From positions 20,706 to 84,705 of the IMG/VR virus record IMGVR_UViG_3300042549_010246: a stretch of 64,000 nt of DNA, one strand, 5' to 3'. Each line of letters opens with the position of its first letter. The stretch's first letter is position 1. This document shows, piece by piece, positions 19,072 to 27,714 of the stretch. The stretch comes from a virus. Position numbers and translations under genes: made by a program. The notes under the pieces are model-generated. The model had not been told where the DNA came from. It ran no database searches and saw only the letters and a list, made by a program, of their open reading frames with translations.

Positions 19072-19853
19072 TGAAAGAACAAAGAATTGCAACAAAATAT
19101 GCTCCACTTACGCTGTGTGTGGTTTTGAAAACTGAATTCCCTACCAAATTAAACTTGGTGGTGTTTGATGCAAAAAATCCGAAGAGGAAGTTTACTGAGC
19201 GTTACAAAACAGTAACAGGGGAAGAAACGCTGTTTGTTCGAATGCCGTTATCTCCTGACACCGCTGTTGTTCAGGTGTTTGGAGGCGCGGGGATTACAAA
19301 AAAGAATGATTCCAATTTTACTATTGTAAGAGTTTACAAAAAAGGGTTGGAGCGTCGATTTGATTTGAATGATATTGGGAACCCCCAAATACGTTCATTC
19401 GTCAAATTCGCGCAGAAATTTTGTTTTAATGTGAGTGAATTAGAGCCTGAAGAAACTTATCGAAGTGATGACGGAGAATATTTCATTCAGTTAAAGCAAC
19501 AAATCAGAGATGCAAATGGAAAAGTGTTGGGTACTCCCGCACGTATTGGCCGTCAGACGGGGGTTATTCAAGTGAGTAAAACACAATTTGAAGCCTTTAC
19601 AATTCCTATGCGAATGGCAATATTGCTCCACGAATTTTCACATTTTTACTTAAATGAAAAAATGGATGATGAAATGGAGGCAGACTTAAATGGATTGTTG
19701 ATTTATCTCGGACTTGGATATCCAAGGATTGAGGCTTATCAAGCGTTTCTTGAAACATTCAAAAATGCACCAAGCAACTTGAATAAAAAACGCTATGATA
19801 TGATTAATAACTTCATCAACAATTTTGAAAAAATGGACATTGTAATAAAATAG
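19071..19853 (+). CDS. zincin-type metallopeptidase, candidate maturation protease
   Basis: ILLHEFSH (HExxH) followed by EMEAD third-ligand motif. Confidence 0.7.
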   Translation: MKEQRIATKYAPLTLCVVLKTEFPTKLNLVVFDAKNPKRKFTERYKTVTGEETLFVRMPLSPDTAVVQVFGGAGITKKNDSNFTIVRVYKKGLERRFDLNDIGNPQIRSFVKFAQKFCFNVSELEPEETYRSDDGEYFIQLKQQIRDANGKVLGTPARIGRQTGVIQVSKTQFEAFTIPMRMAILLHEFSHFYLNEKMDDEMEADLNGLLIYLGLGYPRIEAYQAFLETFKNAPSNLNKKRYDMINNFINNFEKMDIVIK

Positions 19854-19855
19854 AG

Positions 19856-20278
19856 ATGGCAGTTACAACTTGGAATACAGCACCTAATTATGATGAATGG
19901 GGTCCTGATGACTCTTGGAGTTGCGAGGATTGGATACAATGGCACAAATTGCTAAAATTAAAGTTTGGCAAGGAAAAGGCTAATTATGTTTGGAATTATG
20001 CTTACGCTCAAGGTACGCAAGGAGCATCCCATTGGAGTTGCAGGACAAGCAATACTGCGTTTCGTAATTATACATCCAAAGAAGGATTGAATCCGTATGA
20101 GAGTGCGGGGGCATTCGCTCCAATTTTGAATGTTATTGGAGGAGTGGGCGACGTTGTTAGTGGCACAGGAGATGTATTGTCCAATTTGGGAAAAAATTTG
20201 AAAATAATCACATATATAGCCGTTTTAGGTGTGGCTATTTATGTAGGTGTAACCGTTTATAAAAAGACGAAACAATGA
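19856..20278 (+). CDS. C-terminal TM protein with Trp/Cys-rich N-domain
   Basis: WSCEDWIQWH...WSC; terminal TM. Confidence 0.7.
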   Translation: MAVTTWNTAPNYDEWGPDDSWSCEDWIQWHKLLKLKFGKEKANYVWNYAYAQGTQGASHWSCRTSNTAFRNYTSKEGLNPYESAGAFAPILNVIGGVGDVVSGTGDVLSNLGKNLKIITYIAVLGVAIYVGVTVYKKTKQ

Positions 20279-20433
20279 AAAAAGAATTTATCTATATCGG
20301 TGGTATATTGATTTCGTTAGGTGCAATTTATTATATTTTTAATCAATACAAAAAAAATAAGGATGGTTCAGCCGCTTTAGAAGATAAAGAAATCATAGCG
20401 TTGTTTAAAAAAATTGATTCAGCAAAAAAATGA
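20275..20433 (+). CDS. 52-aa N-terminal TM protein (not in ORF track)
   Basis: MKKEFIYIGGILISLGAIYYIF...; coupled on both sides. Confidence 0.65.
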   Translation: MKKEFIYIGGILISLGAIYYIFNQYKKNKDGSAALEDKEIIALFKKIDSAKK

Positions 20434-20975
20434 GCGCAGAAAAAGGATTGAAATATGGGTTTTTTGCCTTGGCAGGGATTGCAGTAATTCTTGGTGTAGT
20501 ATTATTGGGCAAAAAGAAACCCGATGACGACGGGGGCGGGGGAGATGAAGTTGAACCTGTAAAACCAAATCAGCCCGTAATTGACCCAAGGCAAGCGGCA
20601 GTACCGTTGGATTTAAAAGCAATTCTTGCAAGCAAAGACCCTATGTCACTATTGAAAGGTCGAAAACTTTATGCAAAAATTAACAAAGCAAAAGGTAGAA
20701 ACGAAGCAAGAGTAAATGATGGTTGGGGATTAGGTAGTAATGTAATTTTCGAAAGTACGCCCGAAGGGGAATTTCTTGGGTATGCACAATTTGTTTCAAA
20801 TGATAGAAATTCCGCTAAAGATGCTAAGGGTAAAGTGTATAAATGGATTCGCATTACTTTAGACGATAAGGCTTGGAATCGATACAATGACACCAAATCT
20901 TTCTTGACTCGACAGTTAGTAAAAAATAAAAATAATGATTGGGCTTACTTCAGAGAAGATGTAATTAGATTTTAA
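20430..20975 (+). CDS. N-terminal TM protein with possible SH3-like C-domain
   Basis: Anchor, linker, beta-rich domain ending WAYFREDVI. Confidence 0.6.
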   Translation: MSAEKGLKYGFFALAGIAVILGVVLLGKKKPDDDGGGGDEVEPVKPNQPVIDPRQAAVPLDLKAILASKDPMSLLKGRKLYAKINKAKGRNEARVNDGWGLGSNVIFESTPEGEFLGYAQFVSNDRNSAKDAKGKVYKWIRITLDDKAWNRYNDTKSFLTRQLVKNKNNDWAYFREDVIRF

Positions 20976-20976
20976 T

Positions 20977-21525
20977 ATGAAAAAAATAGTACTGAATAAA
21001 AATTTACAATATGGCCTTTACGTAGTAGCGGCTATAATTGGTGGTTTTGCAATAGTAAAAATTGTCAAAGCAATTAAAGACAATGCGGATAAAGGTGATG
21101 ATGATGACAAAAAGCCTGAACCTGAAACCAAAACGGTTTATGTAGATGCATACTTGTCGAAGTTACCTTTAGGAGTAGATAATTTGACTTGGGGTTCACG
21201 AATCCCCGCGAAGTATTTACCGTCTTTTAATGCTATTTCAGCAGCCAATTCAGATGCTACATTTAAAGCGAATGCTATCAGAGTTCAAACTTTGTTGAAT
21301 CAAAGACTTGCCGCGATTGGTGGTGCTTACCCAAAAATAACAGTTGATGGAAAAATTGGTGAAGAAACAACCAAAGCGATGTTGGCAGTTGCAAGCCAAT
21401 ATGGTAGATTGAACTTATTACCTTTAACGAAAAAAGAAGACCTGAACAATTGGTTGACTTTTTTCAATGTAAAATCAACTTCGGATTCTTCTCCAAAGAA
21501 TGAATTCCCATTTTTCAACAAATAA
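20977..21525 (+). CDS. N-terminal TM protein with peptidoglycan-binding-like motif
   Basis: VQTLLN...VDGKIGEETTKAM resembles PG_binding_1. Confidence 0.6.
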   Translation: MKKIVLNKNLQYGLYVVAAIIGGFAIVKIVKAIKDNADKGDDDDKKPEPETKTVYVDAYLSKLPLGVDNLTWGSRIPAKYLPSFNAISAANSDATFKANAIRVQTLLNQRLAAIGGAYPKITVDGKIGEETTKAMLAVASQYGRLNLLPLTKKEDLNNWLTFFNVKSTSDSSPKNEFPFFNK

Positions 21526-21537
21526 TACGATAAGAAT

Positions 21538-22098
21538 ATGGACATAGATTCTTTTTTCACAGATGGCGACCTAAGTTTCGGAATGGACGGTGCAAGCCCT
21601 AAATTCAAAAACTTTGCAGGAACAGGTCAAAATGTTTCGAGGGGACCTAAATATGGTGAATTTCAATTCAATAAATACCCCGAGTATGGGTTTACTGATG
21701 ATATTTATTCAAACGCTACGGGCGGTTCAAGGTTAAATCAGCCAACGGAATGGTATGTTTCAAAACTTTCCGAAGCCGATAAAAAAGACTGTAAAAAATT
21801 GCAGGGTATTATGGATAATATTTCCATAGATATTGATAAGAACAACAAAAAAATAAGCACTGCAAAAAGAGGTGAAAGAAGAGTTCTTGAAGAGTATAAC
21901 AAGGGCTTGGAATTGGCAGGCAAAAGAGTATTGGAATTAATGAACGCTGCAAATTGCACTCTCGTTCAGCAGGAAGAATTTAATAAAGCGTTAGGCGCGG
22001 CAGGTGCACCATCAAAATCATCGAAAGTTGTTTTGTATGTTGGCATTGGAGTTGCAGCCTTGGCTCTTGGAGTTGTACTTTACAAAAAATTTAAGTAA
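21538..22098 (+). CDS. C-terminal TM protein
   Basis: FKNFAG and YSNATG motifs; terminal TM. Confidence 0.7.
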   Translation: MDIDSFFTDGDLSFGMDGASPKFKNFAGTGQNVSRGPKYGEFQFNKYPEYGFTDDIYSNATGGSRLNQPTEWYVSKLSEADKKDCKKLQGIMDNISIDIDKNNKKISTAKRGERRVLEEYNKGLELAGKRVLELMNAANCTLVQQEEFNKALGAAGAPSKSSKVVLYVGIGVAALALGVVLYKKFK

Positions 22099-22865
22099 TG
22101 AGAACAAACATCAGTAAACAATTGGGATTACCCATCGCTCCCCCACAGCCTAAAGCACCGTCTATAGAGGCTCAATTGGGTTTTGTAGCAGAATATGATA
22201 ATTCTTTGAATAAAAGTAATTTTAATTTCGTAGCAGAATATGATAAGTCTTTAAACACCAAAAATAATGGTGGCTATTTTGACGCTACAGGAGAAGAAAA
22301 GAACTTCAAAGAATATTACAAAGGAAATGTTGCAAACGTTCGCGCTTTGTTGGCACAGGAGAAAATTTCTACCTCAGAGGATTTAGATTTTCTTGAAGCC
22401 AAGAAAAAGTTTTATCAAGAAGGAAAGAAATCTTTGGAAAAAGATATCAATGGTATCAAAATAAATCAAGCACAAAAAGCATTTGGGACGCAAGCCTATA
22501 CACAGCGCGGAAAATATGTTTCTCAATTATGGAGCGTAGATAAAACAATCGAATTGATTGATGAAAGAATTGCGGATGTAAAAGTCATTTTGGAGAAAAG
22601 AGCGGCAAAGGCGAAGGCTGATGCAGATGCGGCAGCAGCAAAAATGAAAGCAGAAGCAGAAGCCGCCAAACAAGCAAAAATCAATGCATTAAAAAAACAA
22701 ATTGCAGAATCTAATGACCCGAATGCCAAAAAACAACTGAAGGACCAATTGAATGATTTATTGCAGGAAGGAACTGAAGGAGTGAAATCAAACAAATTTA
22801 TTTTGATTGGTGGAGCGGTAGCCGTCATTGGAATTTTGTATTACTTTTTTAGAAACAAGGAATAA
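22098..22865 (+). CDS. coiled-coil C-terminal TM protein
   Basis: FVAEYDxSLN duplicated, YFDATG motif, Ala/Lys coiled coil, terminal TM. Confidence 0.7.
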   Translation: MRTNISKQLGLPIAPPQPKAPSIEAQLGFVAEYDNSLNKSNFNFVAEYDKSLNTKNNGGYFDATGEEKNFKEYYKGNVANVRALLAQEKISTSEDLDFLEAKKKFYQEGKKSLEKDINGIKINQAQKAFGTQAYTQRGKYVSQLWSVDKTIELIDERIADVKVILEKRAAKAKADADAAAAKMKAEAEAAKQAKINALKKQIAESNDPNAKKQLKDQLNDLLQEGTEGVKSNKFILIGGAVAVIGILYYFFRNKE

Positions 22866-22867
22866 TT

Positions 22868-23164
22868 ATGTCAATTCAATATCAAGGTGCAGGTTATAGT
22901 TCATTTGAAGAATTTATGAATGATACGGGCGTAGACAAAGATAATTTTGCCGATGCTAAAAAATCAGCAAATCAATTTGGAACCAAGTTTCAAGAAACAT
23001 TCAATAAAGAATTTAAAAACCAATATACGGAGGCTAAAGAAAGGGCCAAAAGATTGGATTCGCAACCAAAAGTGTTGAATCCCATTCCCAACAGTTTATT
23101 GTATTTTGGATTGGTGACGGCAGGTATTTATTTGGCATATTCGTTTATTTTCAAATCAGAATGA
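22868..23164 (+). CDS. C-terminal TM protein
   Basis: FMNDTG motif; terminal TM. Confidence 0.7.
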   Translation: MSIQYQGAGYSSFEEFMNDTGVDKDNFADAKKSANQFGTKFQETFNKEFKNQYTEAKERAKRLDSQPKVLNPIPNSLLYFGLVTAGIYLAYSFIFKSE

Positions 23165-23673
23165 AGAAAAAATTATTAATCATTGGAGGTGCTACAATTG
23201 TAGCCGCGATAGCGTTCAGGACGTTATATAAGAACTTGTATTTAGCAGGTCAATGGGATTTTAATATGGGTACTTTCGGCATAAAATCTTTAAAGCCCCT
23301 TATAGTAACCCAAACTATTGATTTTATCAACAAAAGCAATTTAAAGTTAACTGTGAAAAACATCAAAATTGGTGTTTATAGCAATGATATCAGAATCGGT
23401 CAAATCGATAGGGCTAATGAGCAAACTATCGGCCCAAAAGGTATCAGTAAGTTCACTTTAGAGTATGCTTTAACTCCAACTTTAGGGAATCAAGCCGCTA
23501 AAGATGCAATTACAAAAGTCGCGTCTACCTATTTGCAGACAAAAGACTTACCTGTGGACTTTGTTGGTTCCCTTGACGTAAAAACTCCATTTGGTTTTGT
23601 GACCGTTCCCGTAAGATATTCATCCACGGGGAAAAATTTATACAAATTGTGGTATGAATATATGAACGGATAA
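23161..23673 (+). CDS. membrane-anchored LEA_2/WHy-like protein
   Basis: N-anchor plus INKSNLKLTVKNIKIGVYSNDIRIG...TIGPKGIS pattern. Confidence 0.6.
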   Translation: MKKKLLIIGGATIVAAIAFRTLYKNLYLAGQWDFNMGTFGIKSLKPLIVTQTIDFINKSNLKLTVKNIKIGVYSNDIRIGQIDRANEQTIGPKGISKFTLEYALTPTLGNQAAKDAITKVASTYLQTKDLPVDFVGSLDVKTPFGFVTVPVRYSSTGKNLYKLWYEYMNG

Positions 23674-23705
23674 TTGCTATATTTGAGCAATAGTTGTGTA
23701 CATAT

Positions 23706-24083
23706 ATGAATATTAAAAAAGATTTTTTTAAAGGAGTCAGTCTTTATGCTACCGAATCTTCGGTTCAAGAAACAGAAGTGCAGGTTAGATTGACTATTGG
23801 TCAGACCGAATCTGAGCCTATTAATTATCAGTGGTGCATTAATTGGCAGCCCAATCGTGTTACTAATTATAACGAAGTAATGGGGCGCAAAATTATCAAT
23901 ATCACTGAGGCTTTAGTGGTTCCTATGTTGCATCAAGCAATGGTCAAGTGGGCAAGAACGCTTGACATTTCATTTGAAGATTTCAGTGGTTTTTTGTTCA
24001 AAAAAGACGATGTTATTGGTGTTGCTATCTACGATAAGACAACTCCAAAAAAATTATGTCCAATTGAAGAATTACTTGGATGA
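23706..24083 (+). CDS. hypothetical protein
   Basis: ATG 23706 downstream of TATATTTG (23678-23685). Confidence 0.65.
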   Translation: MNIKKDFFKGVSLYATESSVQETEVQVRLTIGQTESEPINYQWCINWQPNRVTNYNEVMGRKIINITEALVVPMLHQAMVKWARTLDISFEDFSGFLFKKDDVIGVAIYDKTTPKKLCPIEELLG

Positions 24084-24964
24084 GCATCAAAGTAGCACGA
24101 AGTTCACATTGGGTGATTCGAACTCTTGAAGGGAATGGTTTAGCCGTTTACTTAGGAGAAGATGAGCAAATTTATGTCAAAGACCAAAATGGGACCATTC
24201 AATTATTAAAAGAACTTCTCGGGTCGCTATCCTTAGATATTCCCGAAGGTGGTTTTCAAAGTGGAACTTCAGGAACATCGGGTAAAACAAACGGAACATC
24301 GGGCTCATCGGGAACGAGCGGTTCGAATGGTCAAGACGGAACATCAGGTCAAAACGGAGTCGATGGAACTTCAGGGTCATCAGGCTCATCAGGGAGTGCG
24401 GGTACGAGCGGGGTGGATGGAAGTTCAGGCTCTTCGGGTATTAGTGGTGTGGATGGAAGTTCAGGCTCTTCAGGAATTTCAGGTTTCAATGGTGTAGATG
24501 GTTCTTCGGGAACAAGCGGTAATGGTGGAACGAATGGTACGAGTGGTATTAATGGTACCTCAGGTTCTTCGGGAAAAGATGGAGATATTGGGGTTAAAGG
24601 AAGTAATGGAACATCGGGTTCTTCGGGTATTTGCGGTTCCTCAGGTACAAGCGGTAAAGGATATTCTTTTGAAGAAATTGAAAGTCGTTCTAAGACAATA
24701 TTGGATTTTACAAAAAGTCAAATACTTTCCTTAAATTTGAATAATAACACGACCCTAAATTTTGCAGGTTTTCCTGTCGGAATATTTTATCTGATTGTGA
24801 AGCAAGGTATTGGTAATTACAGTGTTAATTTGCCTTACGTTGTCAAACAACCAAAAGGTTTTGAATATGTTCCAAGCATTTACCCAAATGCTGTAGATGT
24901 GTTACAATTTATGTGCGATGGCACATCATTTTATGTGATTGACTGTAAAAAAGAATTGCAATGA
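24080..24964 (+). CDS. short Gly-X-Y (Ser/Thr) repeat fibre protein
   Basis: About 130-aa GTS/GSS/GxN repeat between globular ends. Confidence 0.75.
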   Translation: MSIKVARSSHWVIRTLEGNGLAVYLGEDEQIYVKDQNGTIQLLKELLGSLSLDIPEGGFQSGTSGTSGKTNGTSGSSGTSGSNGQDGTSGQNGVDGTSGSSGSSGSAGTSGVDGSSGSSGISGVDGSSGSSGISGFNGVDGSSGTSGNGGTNGTSGINGTSGSSGKDGDIGVKGSNGTSGSSGICGSSGTSGKGYSFEEIESRSKTILDFTKSQILSLNLNNNTTLNFAGFPVGIFYLIVKQGIGNYSVNLPYVVKQPKGFEYVPSIYPNAVDVLQFMCDGTSFYVIDCKKELQ

Positions 24965-25728
24965 CCAATATTTTAACCACGAGTTTAGGAAGAAACATTA
25001 ATACCGTAGAGGGTAATGGTCTTGCTATATTCGTTGACGACACGGATTTCGTGTTGAAGTTAAAAGACGTTGATGGCAATATACAACCTGTAACAGACTT
25101 CACAGGTAGCGGTGGAACGAGCGGTGGTGGAATACAATCCATCAATGCCTTGACAGCACCCGCGCAATTTTTGGTGACAGGTACTTCAGGAAATGATTTT
25201 GCGGTACAGTCTTCAGGCAATACACATACCTTTAATTTGCCAAATGCGAGTACAAGCGCACGAGGTGTAGTTAGCACGGGCCCACAAACAATCAAAGGGA
25301 TAAAAACATTTACAGACAATGCATTTTTTCAAGGCGATGTTGATATTTTAGGTACGCTTACAGCGGAAGCAAAATCGTTCTTGATTCCACACCCCGACCC
25401 TGACAAACAAGGGTGGGATTTACAACACGGAAACTTGGAGGGTGGCGAACACGGTATTTATCACCGTGGCCGTCTTCAGGGGACAAATATGATATATCTA
25501 CCTTCATATTGGAAGTTTTTGGTGAGTCAGCATACCATTACGGTACACTTGACAAGTGCCAAAGGCAACTTCAATTATTTCGTAGAAGATGTGACTTTAG
25601 AAACTATTAGAATTGCAAAATCCGAGGGTGATTGGTACTCTTATGATTGCTATTTTATAATTCACGCTGAAAGACGAGATATTGGCAAATTGAAGGTGGA
25701 AATTACACCTCAAGAAAAGCAATATTGA
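24961..25728 (+). CDS. fibre/spike-like protein
   Basis: N-term paralogous to previous gene (EGNGLA..); ASTSARGVV..QTIKGIKTF fibre motif; C-term KSFLIPHP...LEGGEHGIYHRG. Confidence 0.65.
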   Translation: MTNILTTSLGRNINTVEGNGLAIFVDDTDFVLKLKDVDGNIQPVTDFTGSGGTSGGGIQSINALTAPAQFLVTGTSGNDFAVQSSGNTHTFNLPNASTSARGVVSTGPQTIKGIKTFTDNAFFQGDVDILGTLTAEAKSFLIPHPDPDKQGWDLQHGNLEGGEHGIYHRGRLQGTNMIYLPSYWKFLVSQHTITVHLTSAKGNFNYFVEDVTLETIRIAKSEGDWYSYDCYFIIHAERRDIGKLKVEITPQEKQY

Positions 25729-27704
25729 TGAAAAAAATACTCCATTTAATTCCTCACCTGAGCACGGGTGGGTGCCCCCAATTCGCTTACGATTTATTAA
25801 GAAAAACCAAAGATACCACAGATGCTTATGTGGTTGAATATGCATTTATTGCTTGGGACTATGTTGTGCAAAGAAATCGAATTATCGATTTGATGCAAGA
25901 CAGATTTTTTTCTTTAGGAGAGCAGAAGGAGCAACTCTTTGACATTATTGATACGATTAAGCCCGATGTCATTCATATTCAAGAATTCCCTGAATATTTT
26001 ATGGACGATGAAATCGCGCGTAAATTGTACAATAAGAATCGAGAATATGTAATTGTAGAAACGAGTCACGACAGTGGATTTAATCCCGCGAATAAGCGGT
26101 TTTTCTCAGACCATTTAGCATTGATAAGCCAATGGCAAATTGATAAATTCAAGGATTATGAAATACCGATTACTCTGTTAGAAAGTGACATTGAATACAA
26201 AACCAAAATTCCCAATCAGAGGGAACAAGGGTTATTAAAACTTGGATTGGACCCCAATAAAAAACACGTTTTGAACGTGGGTCTTTGGACAAGTAGAAAA
26301 AACCAAGCGGAAGCCTTACAGTATGCGAAAGAACTTGAATGGTGTTCTGATATCCAATTTCATTTTATTGGGAATCAGGCTCCTAATTTTGAGAATTATT
26401 GGGCTCCGTTGATGCACGACTTACCATCAAATGTGCAAGTTTGGGGTGAGAGGAGCGATGTGCATTCATTTTATGAGTGTATGGACCTGTTCCTCTTCAC
26501 ATCGCGAGGCACAAATGGCGATATGGAAACAAGTCCGTTGGTTCTCAGAGAGGCAACAGGACATCAAATGCCGATACTGATGTACAACCTCCCTGTGTAT
26601 CTGAATTACTATGATAGGTTTTCGAACGTTAATTACCTCAGCGATTTCACAACCAACAAAAATTTAATTTTGTCACTATTGAAAATTGAAGAAGAATCTT
26701 CAAGCGAATTATTCAAATTTGATTACGCAATTGCTGATAATAAAATTTTCATCAACTATCAAAAAGACAGCAAAATCGAGGTTTGGTTTTCAATATGCGA
26801 TACTGATACCAAACACGCAATTTATGCTTTCAAAGGGCAATTTGAATACAAATCTTCGATGTGGGTAATCCCTATCCCAAAAGATACTTTTGACACTATA
26901 TACAACTCCAAAGGCAATTTCAGAGGTTTTGAAATATCTGTTTGGGACAGTTTGCAAGAGAACAAATTAGACAGCGAAATTATTTGGTTCAATCAGACTT
27001 TACCCATCCCAAATTTTAGAGTATTTGAAACAAATCCTTGGAATTTTACTTGGTCTAATTACAATGAAATGTTCATTGATAAATATTATGAAAAAACCAA
27101 CATTGTAGTTGGTAAGGTTTGCTTAGATATTGGGGCAAATGATGGTTTATTTACTGAATGGTTAATTAGTCAAGGTGTTGAGAAAATTTATGCGATTGAA
27201 TGCGACCCAAGGTGTATAAAATTTTTAAATAAAAAATTCAACTCAAATAAAAATGTGACTGTAATAAACAAGGCTCTATGGAAAGAAAATCAAAGTGAAA
27301 TGAAACTTTATTATGTTGATGACACCTCGGTTTTTAGTAGTTTGAAAGAAGAAGGTAATTGTAAGGGTAAGAATTATTATGATGTTTGTTCTTGGGATTT
27401 TGAAACATTAATTAGTAAACACAACATCAATCAAATAGACTTATTTAAAATAGATATCGAGGGTGCGGAATATGAAGTATTTGAATCGATGACTGATGAG
27501 CAAATTAGTAAAATAAATTCGTTTTTGATTGAAATCCATTTAAATACAAATGGTCAAGTTTATAAAATAACTGATAGATTCAAAATGTTAGGTTATGAAA
27601 TACAGTTCAGAGAGCATAAAAATAACAGTTTGATAAATAATGAATTGGAATGGAAAAATTATGAATGGGCTTATTTAACAGCAACCAAAAAAGTAAATTA
27701 TTAA
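25728..27704 (+). CDS. GT-B (GT4-like) glycosyltransferase fused to FkbM-family methyltransferase
   Basis: HLSTGGCPQ, NVGLWTSRKNQ, ETSPLVLREA; C-term LDIGANDG and KIDIEGAEY. Confidence 0.85.
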   Translation: MKKILHLIPHLSTGGCPQFAYDLLRKTKDTTDAYVVEYAFIAWDYVVQRNRIIDLMQDRFFSLGEQKEQLFDIIDTIKPDVIHIQEFPEYFMDDEIARKLYNKNREYVIVETSHDSGFNPANKRFFSDHLALISQWQIDKFKDYEIPITLLESDIEYKTKIPNQREQGLLKLGLDPNKKHVLNVGLWTSRKNQAEALQYAKELEWCSDIQFHFIGNQAPNFENYWAPLMHDLPSNVQVWGERSDVHSFYECMDLFLFTSRGTNGDMETSPLVLREATGHQMPILMYNLPVYLNYYDRFSNVNYLSDFTTNKNLILSLLKIEEESSSELFKFDYAIADNKIFINYQKDSKIEVWFSICDTDTKHAIYAFKGQFEYKSSMWVIPIPKDTFDTIYNSKGNFRGFEISVWDSLQENKLDSEIIWFNQTLPIPNFRVFETNPWNFTWSNYNEMFIDKYYEKTNIVVGKVCLDIGANDGLFTEWLISQGVEKIYAIECDPRCIKFLNKKFNSNKNVTVINKALWKENQSEMKLYYVDDTSVFSSLKEEGNCKGKNYYDVCSWDFETLISKHNINQIDLFKIDIEGAEYEVFESMTDEQISKINSFLIEIHLNTNGQVYKITDRFKMLGYEIQFREHKNNSLINNELEWKNYEWAYLTATKKVNY

Positions 27705-27714
27705 AATTAAATAT

